A stretch of 64,000 bases of DNA from a virus (IMGVR_UViG_3300035042_000139), one strand, 5' to 3'; counted from the first letter of the stretch, positions 8,339 to 16,998 are shown. The notes: a model not told the origin generated them from the letters alone. Numbers and translations: made by a program.

Positions 8339-9974
8339 CAAGAAGACAAAATATATATTTGTTACTGGTGGAGTGGTTTCGGGCTTAGGTAAAGGCCTTA
8401 CTGCTGCTTCACTTGGTTTTTTGCTTAAAGCTAGAGGGTTAAATATTAAGGTTCAGAAATTTGACCCCTATATCAATGTTGACCCCGGGACAATGAACCC
8501 TATAGAACATGGAGAGGTTTTTGTAACATCAGATGGGGCTGAAACTGATTTAGACCTCGGTCATTATGAAAGGTTTATCAACATTGAGCTTTCTGGTAAA
8601 AACTCAGTTTCTACAGGTCAAATATATCAGACTGTTTTAGATAATGAAAGAGAAGGAAAGTATTTAGGAAAAACAATACAGGTTATACCGCACATAACAG
8701 ACGAGATTAAAAGAAGAATGACATTACCAGAAGATAAAAATACAGATATTATTATTATTGAAGTTGGAGGAACTGTAGGAGATATTGAAAGCTATCCATT
8801 TATAGAAGCTGTAAGGCAGTTAAGACATGACTTGGGCTTTGATAATACATTCCATATTCACTGCACTTTAATACCTTATATGCATAAGGTCGGTGAATAC
8901 AAGTCAAAGCCAACACAGCAGAGTTTAAAAGAACTTAGGAGCTTGGGTGTTCAGCCAGATGCCGTTGTTGGCAGAATAAAAGGTCAGATGCCGGAAGATA
9001 TAAAAGATAAAATTTCACTCTTTGGAAATATAGATAAAAGATTAATATTTGAATCTGTAGATGTTGAGCACATATACGATATTCCTCTGAAATATGAAGA
9101 GCAGTTTATGGCTGAAAGGGTTATGAAAGGTATAGGTTTTGATTTGTCTGTACCAGATATGACTCCCGGAGTTAAGTTTAAGGATATGGATATGTGGGAA
9201 ACTATGGTCAAAAATTTAAAAGAAGAAAAAGAAAGTGTAAATATCGCTGTTGTTGGTAAATACACAGAGCTTGAAGATGCTTATCTTAGTATCAAAGAAG
9301 CTTTATATCATGCAGGTGTCGCAAACAATCTTGATGTAGAAATTGCATTTATAGATGCTGAATACTTAGAAGATTTAAGCTGTGATGAAGCAGTAAAAAT
9401 AACATTAAAAGAATATGATGGAATACTAGTTCCTGGTGGATTCGGCAAAAGAGGTATTGAGGGTAAGATAAAAGCAGCTAGGTATGCTAGAAAAAACAAT
9501 GTCCCTTACTTTGGTATCTGCCTAGGAATGCAGGTTGCAGCTATTGAGTATGCCAGAAACAAGCTTGGCCTAGAAGATGCCAACAGCTTAGAGTTTGACA
9601 GTGAAACTAAAAACCCTGTAATCACTCTCATGAATGAGCAGAAAGAAATTAATAATAAAGGTGGAACAATGAGGCTTGGCTCTTATGACTGCACTCTTGA
9701 TACTAATAGCAAGGCTTACGGAGCTTATAAAGAAGAGCATATTAGTGAAAGGCACAGACATCGCTTTGAATTTAATAATTATTTTACTGAGTTTTTTGAA
9801 AAAGGAATGATAGTTACTGGAATAAACCCGGACTTAAATCTTGCTGAAATAATTGAAATAGAGGACCACCCGTGGTTTGTTGGTGTGCAGTTTCACCCTG
9901 AGTTTAAGTCAAGGCCTTTAAGACCACATCCGTTATTTGTTGACTTTATAAAAAATGCTTCTACGAGGAGATGA
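8322..9974 (+). CDS. pyrG: CTP synthase (glutamine-hydrolysing).
   Basis: 'KYIFVTGGVVSGLGKG' N-terminal P-loop, 'DPYINVDPGTMNP', and a GATase domain with catalytic Cys in 'YFGICLGMQ' and 'HRHRFEFN'. Start overlaps the end of the HslV-like gene by about 17 nt. Confidence 0.95.
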   Translation: MMSVRSKKTKYIFVTGGVVSGLGKGLTAASLGFLLKARGLNIKVQKFDPYINVDPGTMNPIEHGEVFVTSDGAETDLDLGHYERFINIELSGKNSVSTGQIYQTVLDNEREGKYLGKTIQVIPHITDEIKRRMTLPEDKNTDIIIIEVGGTVGDIESYPFIEAVRQLRHDLGFDNTFHIHCTLIPYMHKVGEYKSKPTQQSLKELRSLGVQPDAVVGRIKGQMPEDIKDKISLFGNIDKRLIFESVDVEHIYDIPLKYEEQFMAERVMKGIGFDLSVPDMTPGVKFKDMDMWETMVKNLKEEKESVNIAVVGKYTELEDAYLSIKEALYHAGVANNLDVEIAFIDAEYLEDLSCDEAVKITLKEYDGILVPGGFGKRGIEGKIKAARYARKNNVPYFGICLGMQVAAIEYARNKLGLEDANSLEFDSETKNPVITLMNEQKEINNKGGTMRLGSYDCTLDTNSKAYGAYKEEHISERHRHRFEFNNYFTEFFEKGMIVTGINPDLNLAEIIEIEDHPWFVGVQFHPEFKSRPLRPHPLFVDFIKNASTRR

Positions 9975-10423
9975 ACACAATCAGTAATGAATTCACAGGA
10001 AAAAAAGTAAAAGCAGCAGAGATGAGAATGTTTATAGATAATATTGAATTCCCGGCAGAAGTTATGACCATGACATCTCAGGTAGCAAAAGACCAGATTG
10101 AGTGGTATGACAGTATATCTAAGGATAGGTATTCTGTCGAATGTGAAATAAATACAGACGAAACAAGCCTTGATGACTTGTATGAGGCAATAAATTCACT
10201 GCCTGAAATGTCTTATCATTATGTAATTGTTTTTAATAAAGAGGGTTTTGAAGAATTTAAAGAAACAATGCCTGTTGAGTTGAAAGAAAACGCAGATAAG
10301 ATTAGTTCTATATTTGGGATGAAAGTTAGGGTAATTGCAGGACTTGAAGAAAAGGTAGCAATTTACAAAATTCCTCTTGGCTCTGAAGGAATTGAAGGGG
10401 TGTTAGACTTATGGAATTTTTAA
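9971..10423 (+). CDS. Hypothetical protein.
   Basis: 150-aa ORF overlapping the pyrG stop. Confidence 0.4.
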   Translation: MNTISNEFTGKKVKAAEMRMFIDNIEFPAEVMTMTSQVAKDQIEWYDSISKDRYSVECEINTDETSLDDLYEAINSLPEMSYHYVIVFNKEGFEEFKETMPVELKENADKISSIFGMKVRVIAGLEEKVAIYKIPLGSEGIEGVLDLWNF

Positions 10424-10659
10424 AAGAAAAGCCACCAAGAATTGATTATATCAAACACTTTTTTGCTGGAGGGTTAATAACACTAATTTTAAGTTTGATT
10501 AACCCATTCTTTGGATTAGTAACAGGAAGTACAGTTGGTATATTAAAGGAATATGTCTGGGACAAGTGGCTTGATAAAGGTTGCTTTGAATGGACGGATA
10601 TGGCTTACACTATAACAGGTTCAACACTTGTATATATAGTAATTATGCTTTGCATATAA
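10411..10659 (+). CDS. Small membrane protein.
   Basis: Two predicted TM helices (GGLITLILSLINPFFGLV, GSTLVYIVIMLCI). Confidence 0.35.
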   Translation: MEFLKEKPPRIDYIKHFFAGGLITLILSLINPFFGLVTGSTVGILKEYVWDKWLDKGCFEWTDMAYTITGSTLVYIVIMLCI

Positions 10660-10678
10660 AAAATGGAGGAATATAAAA

Positions 10679-10876
10679 ATGATTAAATGGATTAAAAAAA
10701 TCTTTTCGAAAGAAGCAAGAGCTAAAGTAGATAAAATAAAATACCATCTGCTTTTGGAAAAGACTTATTGGGATGGACGAGCCTATGATAAAACTGAAAA
10801 AGATTACGAAACAGTAAAGCACGAAACTATTTTAGATATAGAAAACATGGTAAAGGAAGTTTCAAATAAAGAGTAA
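10679..10876 (+). CDS. Hypothetical protein.
   Basis: RBS GGAGG at 10666-10670. Confidence 0.35.
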   Translation: MIKWIKKIFSKEARAKVDKIKYHLLLEKTYWDGRAYDKTEKDYETVKHETILDIENMVKEVSNKE

Positions 10877-10895
10877 AAACAAGGGGGATAAAATA

Positions 10896-11180
10896 ATGGC
10901 AGCTACACAGAAATTAAAAGAACACGAAGATATTAAGAAGGAATTTTTTAATCTTCTAGATGAAAAGAATGAAGAACTTGAAGTTGGGTTTTTAGATGGG
11001 ACATGGGATAAGTATAAAGGAACAATGTCTTTAATTGATAATAGAAGTTCTGTACCTAGAACAAAGAGATTTATGAAAGTAAAGTATGACAAGGACCTTA
11101 AAAAGTTTCAGTATAAAAACTGGCTAGGTCAACATACAAATTTAGAAAAGGAAATCGAGATTGGTCTCTCGAGATTTTAA
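10896..11180 (+). CDS. Hypothetical protein.
   Basis: RBS AAGGGGGA at 10881-10888. Confidence 0.35.
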   Translation: MAATQKLKEHEDIKKEFFNLLDEKNEELEVGFLDGTWDKYKGTMSLIDNRSSVPRTKRFMKVKYDKDLKKFQYKNWLGQHTNLEKEIEIGLSRF

Positions 11181-11912
11181 ATGGAAGATTACTTAAAAAG
11201 ATTTACAGAGCCTATTGTTATAAAGTCGCAAAAAGCAGCTGATAGGTTTTATGAACTTTTAGAAGAAGCTGAAAATCATAAATCTACACCAGAAGAAATA
11301 AATAAAAGAAAAACAAACATAAAGAAAACAATGGAAGAAATTGAAAGAGGAAAAAGGATAATTGAGTCAATCTTGGGTGTTAAAAATCTATATCTGATTG
11401 CTGACACCCATTTTGGCCATTATAACATTATAGAATATGAGAACAGACCTTTTTTAACAGCAGAAGAGATGGATGAATACATGATTGAAATGTGGAATGA
11501 TACTGTTTGTCCACATGACACAGTGCTTCATCTAGGAGATTTCTTTCTTACTAACACCAAACGACAGCTTGAGATTATGGACCGTTTAAACGGCAAAATT
11601 ATACTCATTAGAGGTAATCACGACGGTCAATCACGAACAAAACTCGTTGAGAGGCTTGGGTTTAAAGAAGTATATGACAGTTTTACCTTGATGGTTGATG
11701 ATTACACTTTCGTTTTAACTCACAGACCAATGGAATTGAGTATAGAAGATGAGCTTTATTTTAAGTCACACAACATAATTAACATTCACGGACATGTTCA
11801 TGGTGTTAAGGAAGAGAAATCTAAGTTTCACAAATGTGTTTCAGCAGAAAATTTATTATTAAAACCTATAAACTTAAAAAGACTAATAAAATTTATAGAG
11901 AATGAAAGGTGA
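11181..11912 (+). CDS. Calcineurin-like metallophosphoesterase.
   Basis: Motifs 'IADTHFGH', 'LHLGDFF', 'IRGNHDG', 'LTHRP', 'GHVHG' are the canonical MPE motifs I-V. Confidence 0.75.
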   Translation: MEDYLKRFTEPIVIKSQKAADRFYELLEEAENHKSTPEEINKRKTNIKKTMEEIERGKRIIESILGVKNLYLIADTHFGHYNIIEYENRPFLTAEEMDEYMIEMWNDTVCPHDTVLHLGDFFLTNTKRQLEIMDRLNGKIILIRGNHDGQSRTKLVERLGFKEVYDSFTLMVDDYTFVLTHRPMELSIEDELYFKSHNIINIHGHVHGVKEEKSKFHKCVSAENLLLKPINLKRLIKFIENER

Positions 11913-12297
11913 TAAAATGACAGAAAAAGAAGATTTAAATGGAGATATGCCTAGAATTATAGCTGTCGACTTTGACGGAACTATTGTTCAAAATAAATGG
12001 CCTGAAATTGGAGAGATTAATAAGCATGTTGTAGAAGAGATGAGAAGAGAAGATGAAGATGGCACTGTAATTATTCTCTGGACATGTCGGACTGGTAAAG
12101 AGCTTGAGGAAGCTATAAAATTCTGCTACGAAAATGATATACCTATTGACTATGCTAATGAAAATTGTGAATGGGTTAAGAATAATTTTAATGGCGAGGG
12201 AATAAAAGTGTTTGCTTTTCAGTACTGGGACGACAGAGCCCTTAATGTCGACGATATATCTGTTGGTATACCTTTAGATATTGGAGAGGATGAATAA
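11902..12297 (+). CDS. Small HAD-like hydrolase (DxDGT).
   Basis: 'RIIAVDFDGTIV' is the HAD motif I. Similar to the small HAD protein at 33461..33751. Confidence 0.4.
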   Translation: MKGDKMTEKEDLNGDMPRIIAVDFDGTIVQNKWPEIGEINKHVVEEMRREDEDGTVIILWTCRTGKELEEAIKFCYENDIPIDYANENCEWVKNNFNGEGIKVFAFQYWDDRALNVDDISVGIPLDIGEDE

Positions 12298-12701
12298 TGT
12301 ATCAATACAATGCAGTGGTAGATGAGGTTATAGACGGTGATACATTTGATATAACAGTAGATTTAGGCTTTTCTACCTTTAAAAAAGAAAGGCTTAGACT
12401 AAAAGGTGTTGATACACCAGAGCTAAGAACATCAAATAAAAGAGAAAAAAATGCAGCAATACTTGTTACTGAGTTTGTTAAACATCTTCTAAAGGATAGA
12501 ACATTAGTGATTGAAACAAATAAAAAAGGTGGCTTTGGCAGATACATTGCAGATATTTATCTACCACAAGGTGGAACCTTGAGCAACTTTCTTTTAAAAA
12601 GAGGCTTGGCCAGAGAGTATGAAGCTGGAGCCCCTGACTGGACTGAAGAGCAGTTAGCACATATTTTTAACGAACTTAACTTTATAGAGATTGGAGATTA
12701 G
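12297..12701 (+). CDS. Staphylococcal nuclease (thermonuclease/SNase) homolog.
   Basis: 'GDTFDI', 'RLRLKGVDTPEL', 'EKNAAILVTEFV', 'DRTLVIET...DKYGRYIADIYL', 'LLKRGLA'. Confidence 0.7.
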   Translation: MYQYNAVVDEVIDGDTFDITVDLGFSTFKKERLRLKGVDTPELRTSNKREKNAAILVTEFVKHLLKDRTLVIETNKKGGFGRYIADIYLPQGGTLSNFLLKRGLAREYEAGAPDWTEEQLAHIFNELNFIEIGD

Positions 12702-12707
12702 AATACG

Positions 12708-13037
12708 ATGGAGCTTAGTTTGGTAGAGCAGTTTGCAATTTTAATACTTATGCACTTAATGTATGACTTTCACTGGCAGGGAGATTTTGTCGGAACATAC
12801 AAGGCTAAATACATTTTTATTTTATTCATACACTGTCTGACATGGGCTTTATTCTTGTCGCTTGGGTTAAAGATTCTTGGAATTTATACACTCTGGAAGT
12901 TTATGTTTTTATTTGCTACACATTTTATTATCGACCTGGCGAAAATTTCATTGCAGCGCGAGGCTCATTATTCTGGCTACTTAATAGCAGACCAGCTTGC
13001 CCATGTATTTACATTAATAATAGTCTTTATATTTTAG
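12708..13037 (+). CDS. Membrane protein (DUF3307-like).
   Basis: Three or four hydrophobic helices and a 'HLMYDFHWQGDF' start. Confidence 0.35.
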   Translation: MELSLVEQFAILILMHLMYDFHWQGDFVGTYKAKYIFILFIHCLTWALFLSLGLKILGIYTLWKFMFLFATHFIIDLAKISLQREAHYSGYLIADQLAHVFTLIIVFIF

Positions 13038-13046
13038 GGGGGTAAA

Positions 13047-13244
13047 ATGAGTCACCTTTGGAAAAACGCTCCTGGTTATCAGAAATATCAATCGCTTGAA
13101 GCTATGCTTTTAGCAAAGTGGGCTCTTGATGTAGGGAGCAGACAAAAAGCTTTAAGAATGAAAAAGATTGCTGATAAGATGGAGGATAAAAAAAGAAAAT
13201 ATAATGAAGGAAGAAGCTTTGTTTATCATTACAATCTAATTTAG
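13047..13244 (+). CDS. Small basic hypothetical protein, paralog of 15686..15931.
   Basis: Shared 'W..PGY..Y.S.EA..LA.WA......AL..K..AD..ED.KRK.N' with 15686..15931. Confidence 0.45.
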   Translation: MSHLWKNAPGYQKYQSLEAMLLAKWALDVGSRQKALRMKKIADKMEDKKRKYNEGRSFVYHYNLI

Positions 13245-13255
13245 GAGGTAAATAA

Positions 13256-13645
13256 ATGAATTACGAAAAAATGTGGGAAGAATTAAAAGATGAAATTTTA
13301 CAGCAGGTAGAACAGTACGGGACAAATAAAGATACGCTATCTGCAATGATGGAAATAGAAATGATGGAAATAGAAAAGTCCAATAAAATGTCGATTAAGC
13401 CGCATGAATACCGTTTTGTAAGACTTGAAAATGGTCATGAATACCATTTTGTAAGACTTGAAAATGGTGAATGGGAAGGTTTTTATTTAGGCAACAAACT
13501 TGTAGCAGAAAATCATAGATTATCAGCTGATGATGTACTAAAGCATGTTGATGATGCGCTTGTTCTTTATATGAGGGAAGAAGACTTTGAAAAAATTAAT
13601 CTTAGAATGCCAGAAGATTTTGCGGAATTAACAGAGGTGCTATAA
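13256..13645 (+). CDS. Hypothetical protein with an internal tandem duplication.
   Basis: RBS AGGAGGT at 13241-13247. Contains 'HEYRFVRLENG/HEYHFVRLENG' and 'MMEIE/MMEIE'. Confidence 0.45.
   Translation: MNYEKMWEELKDEILQQVEQYGTNKDTLSAMMEIEMMEIEKSNKMSIKPHEYRFVRLENGHEYHFVRLENGEWEGFYLGNKLVAENHRLSADDVLKHVDDALVLYMREEDFEKINLRMPEDFAELTEVL
13403..13468 (+). repeat. Tandem direct repeat, 2 x 33 bp with 1 mismatch. A 2 x 15 bp repeat also lies at 13346-13375.
   Basis: CATGAATACC(G/A)TTTTGTAAGACTTGAAAATGGT repeated head-to-tail, in frame, within the CDS. Confidence 0.9.
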
Positions 13646-13888
13646 ATGATTGTTTTATTTGAGAGATTATTTTGGTTTTATTTAGCAGGAGTGATGGCCA
13701 CAATGTTTTTGTGGCTGTCACAGTATTTAGTTAATAAACATATTTGGGAAGATGCACTTGAACATATTATAAAGGCTTCATCAGCAAAAGATAAGAATGA
13801 TATTTATTCTGCTATTTTTCTTTCATGTCTTTTAAGCTGGATTACAATTCTTGCATTTATTTATGTCAAGTCGATGTCTCCAAAATAG
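13646..13888 (+). CDS. Small membrane protein.
   Basis: Two TM helices. Confidence 0.35.
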   Translation: MIVLFERLFWFYLAGVMATMFLWLSQYLVNKHIWEDALEHIIKASSAKDKNDIYSAIFLSCLLSWITILAFIYVKSMSPK

Positions 13889-13903
13889 AAAGCGAGGATT
13901 ATT

Positions 13904-14137
13904 ATGGATTTTGAGCCAAACTTTATTAAACTTGATTATAATATAATAAATGTCAACTCAATTATTAATATTGAAATTTATGAAAAAGAAAATATGGTTG
14001 AGCCATATTATTTAGAAATAACATTAACAGATAAAAATATCGTTAAAACTTTTAAATACCGAATGCAAAGAGATTCGGTTATGAGAAAACTTTACAACTA
14101 TATAAAAGATAATGGAGTTTTACTAGAGCTAGAATAA
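13904..14137 (+). CDS. Hypothetical protein.
   Basis: 77-aa ORF with RBS. Confidence 0.35.
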   Translation: MDFEPNFIKLDYNIINVNSIINIEIYEKENMVEPYYLEITLTDKNIVKTFKYRMQRDSVMRKLYNYIKDNGVLLELE

Positions 14138-14253
14138 AGGAGAATTAAAAATGGATTTCTTAATAGGAACAGTATTTACAATTGGAGCACTTGTTATACT
14201 ATATGCAGTATTTAAAATATTAAAAGAATTATATTATTGGATGTTTTTATAAA

Positions 14254-14622
14254 AAAAGATTCGCAAAAAAGTTTCGCAATATTTTCGTATAATTCTTGTT
14301 TTACGAAATTTTTACCAAAAGAGAGGTTATTTTACTATTAAAATATTTTACATCCAAGTTATTTAATTCTAAATTATGTCTCAATATCCCAAGATATCTA
14401 GGTTTTTGGGATAAAATGGAAAAAATAACATAAATTATATGGCCTCATATCGTCAAAAGTTTTTGGATTGTGGGTATAACTAAATACTTTTTTAAAATTA
14501 GAGGGGTTAGTTCTTTTATTCCTATATTCATTAATTCATATTATGATTAAACATAATAAAAATATATGTTTTTATATTCTTAAACATACTTAGTTCATAA
14601 GAATAAATAAATTTAAGAAGGA
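14254..14622. promoter_or_regulatory. 370-bp AT-rich non-coding region with several inverted repeats. Candidate promoter/operator cluster or replication origin.
   Basis: TTCGCAA x2 direct (14260-14278). TTTCGTA/TACGAAA IR (14283-14308). TATCCCAA-13nt-TTGGGATA perfect 8-bp IR (14385-14413) containing a GATATC palindrome. ATTATG-ATTAAA-CATAAT (14538-14556). Confidence 0.35.
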
Positions 14623-15234
14623 ATGTTTTTTATGGCAGATATTGTATTTCCAAAAAATGAGAGCTTTGAACATTTTACTTTAAAAGAAATTGGCAAGCTT
14701 TATTTAAAACATAACCAGCTCTGCAACTTTGTGACGGATGAATTTAAAATACCTCGCTACTTTTCTTCCCTTGCAGAAAAACAGTTTGATTTAAAACTTG
14801 GTTATAAGATACATAACAAAAGTATTACAGATGCTTTTGGGTTTAAGGCAACCTACTCTGGTGATGTGACGATTAAATCGGTTGAGGCTAAGGCCTCTTA
14901 TTCTGACTTTCAAAACGGTTTCTGCATCGGCGGTGAGTATAATTATCTTATTGCACCAAAAGGAGTTATCCCTGTGGATGAGGTCCCTTCTTTTGTCGGT
15001 TTGATTGAGATTGATTTTGATAAGTTCTACTATAAAGGTAATAGAATAAAGTCGGGTTATAAGACTATCCAGAGGGCCAGAAAAATAAAGACACCTAAAA
15101 AAAGAAAAGAACAAACTGTTGAAAGATTAAAGTGGAGGATGCTTTATAAATTAAGTAAGGACTTTTATATGAGAAATAACTGGCTCTATAGAACAAGGTT
15201 AAAGAAGGAATATGGAGATAAATTTAAGGATTGA
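14623..15234 (+). CDS. Hypothetical protein, possibly a PD-(D/E)XK-fold nuclease with a basic C-terminal tail.
   Basis: 'ITDAFGFKATYSGDVTIKSVEAKAS' gives D...(D)..E-x-K spacing. C-terminal 'KTPKKRKEQTVERLKWR' is basic. Weak. Confidence 0.3.
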   Translation: MFFMADIVFPKNESFEHFTLKEIGKLYLKHNQLCNFVTDEFKIPRYFSSLAEKQFDLKLGYKIHNKSITDAFGFKATYSGDVTIKSVEAKASYSDFQNGFCIGGEYNYLIAPKGVIPVDEVPSFVGLIEIDFDKFYYKGNRIKSGYKTIQRARKIKTPKKRKEQTVERLKWRMLYKLSKDFYMRNNWLYRTRLKKEYGDKFKD

Positions 15235-15488
15235 GGTGTTTTAATTTGAGAGTTAAAAAGATAAAGGTGTTTAAGGGCGAGCTATGGAACATCACTATTT
15301 ATGCATATCTTATAACTGTTGTTTTATATGCTCTCCTCTCTCTTTTTGAGCTTGGTAGAGATGTTGAATATACATATACATGGACTGCATGGTTTTTAGA
15401 TAATTTAAGATTTATTATAATGACTGTTTTGTGGTTTTATTACGGATATACTGAGGAGGACCGATTTAAGGATGAGCAACATAAATAG
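15231..15488 (+). CDS. Small membrane protein.
   Basis: Two TM helices. Confidence 0.35.
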   Translation: MRCFNLRVKKIKVFKGELWNITIYAYLITVVLYALLSLFELGRDVEYTYTWTAWFLDNLRFIIMTVLWFYYGYTEEDRFKDEQHK

Positions 15489-15696
15489 AAAAGTTTTTCG
15501 TCTTGAAGATGGTGGCGTTTTTAAAGAGGTTAACTTCAAAGACTTAAAAAAAGATGATATGTTTAAAATGTATGAACCAGATGGAATGCTTGTATCTGAT
15601 AAGAATGACAGAGTTCTTTTTACATGTATTTCAGACGCATACATTAATGATGGAGTATATACTGTAGATATTAAGGATAAAAAAGATGAGTCTTGA
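15472..15696 (+). CDS. Hypothetical protein.
   Basis: 74-aa ORF overlapping neighbours. Confidence 0.3.
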   Translation: MSNINRKVFRLEDGGVFKEVNFKDLKKDDMFKMYEPDGMLVSDKNDRVLFTCISDAYINDGVYTVDIKDKKDES

Positions 15697-15931
15697 AGAT
15701 AGAGTTAAGTGGCCTACAATGCCTGGCTATAATGAGTATGAATCAGACGAAGCTTTTGACCTTGCTACTTGGGCAATGGAAACTCCCAATAGGATTTTGG
15801 CCCTTAAAAGAAAGAGGGTAGCTGATAGAGTTGAGGACAGAAAAAGAAAAAGTAATAGGTTTGCTATTGGTAGAACAAAAAAAACTATATATATGTACAA
15901 GATATTAATGGGAGTTGATGATGATGATTAA
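15686..15931 (+). CDS. Small basic hypothetical protein, paralog of 13047..13244.
   Basis: See 13047..13244. Confidence 0.45.
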   Translation: MSLEDRVKWPTMPGYNEYESDEAFDLATWAMETPNRILALKRKRVADRVEDRKRKSNRFAIGRTKKTIYMYKILMGVDDDD

Positions 15932-16169
15932 AAAAGGAGACATTGTCTATCACAAAGGACTGCTCGAACGCCGTGGAATCAATAACAATTGTGAGTTTAA
16001 AGTTAATAAGGTAGAAAATGATAAGGCTGAAGTTGAGGTAGTTGTCCCTGCCGAGGACCCTTTCGATAGAGTCGGTATGAAATGGACTAAAATACCAATT
16101 GAAAATCTAATTAAAGTTAGAGATTATAACCAGAGTGAAGTTAAAGAGTTTGATATGGGGGGATTTTAA
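15915..16169 (+). CDS. Hypothetical protein.
   Basis: 84-aa ORF. Confidence 0.3.
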   Translation: MMMMIKKGDIVYHKGLLERRGINNNCEFKVNKVENDKAEVEVVVPAEDPFDRVGMKWTKIPIENLIKVRDYNQSEVKEFDMGGF

Positions 16170-16507
16170 TGAGTGAAATGGTACATTTTAAGGGTCAGTT
16201 AGTGCCTTTGACAAGGCCTGAAGGTATGACACTTGAAGAACAAATGAAAGATGTAGCTGGTATTACAGAGGTTAAAAGCTATTATGACAGCTTAGAAGAA
16301 CAGTTTTTGGAAGCTGCTTACAAGAAGTTTGCTGTTATCGATGATACTATCTACCGGATTGAAATGGAAGATGTTTATTATGATGATATCTTTGAATCTA
16401 ATTTTAACGATGACGGAACTATAAGCTTTGAAACAAAGTATTATAATGGTGGCTGCTCTTTTTATGAGGCTTTAGGTTATGCCCTGAAGAGTGATAATAA
16501 TGCCTAG
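16169..16507 (+). CDS. Hypothetical protein.
   Basis: 112-aa acidic ORF. Confidence 0.35.
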   Translation: MSEMVHFKGQLVPLTRPEGMTLEEQMKDVAGITEVKSYYDSLEEQFLEAAYKKFAVIDDTIYRIEMEDVYYDDIFESNFNDDGTISFETKYYNGGCSFYEALGYALKSDNNA

Positions 16508-16578
16508 AGCTTATTGCGATGCATCTGATTGCGAATATCATGATTTAGGCGAATGCTGGACAGATGAAGTTTTTTTAG

Positions 16579-16998
16579 ATGAGAAGGGTAAATGCAGAAA
16601 CTATAAAAAAGAGGATGATGACAACAATGAGTAAGGAGCTTCTATTTTCTGTAACTAAAAACGATTTAGAAATTGAGACATTCCGCTCTGGTGGCCCGGG
16701 CGGACAAAACCAAAACTCACGAGAAACTGGTGTCAGAATTAGACATAAAGAGTCAGGGGCTGTGGCCGAGTCAAGAAACCACAGGACTCAGGCTAAGAAT
16801 AAAAAGGCTGCACTTGAAAGACTTGTAAAGACAGATGAATTTAAAAAATGGCATAAGCTTAAAACAAGTTATGCTCTAAAGGGTGTTGATGACTATAAAA
16901 AACAAATAGAAAAAGAAGTTGATGCATGGATGAGTGATAGGAATTTAAAAATAGAAAGTTTTAATGAAGATACTAAGCAATGGGAGGAATTAAATTAA
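16579..16998 (+). CDS. RF-1 domain (GGQ) peptidyl-tRNA hydrolase, ArfB/ICT1-like ribosome-rescue factor family.
   Basis: 'FRSGGPGGQNQNSRETGVRIRHKESG' is the canonical GGQ motif and context. Size of about 125-139 aa equals ArfB. Likely start at ATG 16618 or 16630 (MMTTMSKE...). A Cys-rich micro-ORF lies at 16500..16634 in another frame. Confidence 0.65.
   Translation: MRRVNAETIKKRMMTTMSKELLFSVTKNDLEIETFRSGGPGGQNQNSRETGVRIRHKESGAVAESRNHRTQAKNKKAALERLVKTDEFKKWHKLKTSYALKGVDDYKKQIEKEVDAWMSDRNLKIESFNEDTKQWEELN

Noticed and set aside
12842-13045. + strand ORF in an alternative frame of the membrane-protein gene 12708..13037.
   Set aside because: Same strand, different frame, fully overlapped. The 12708 frame has coherent TM helices.
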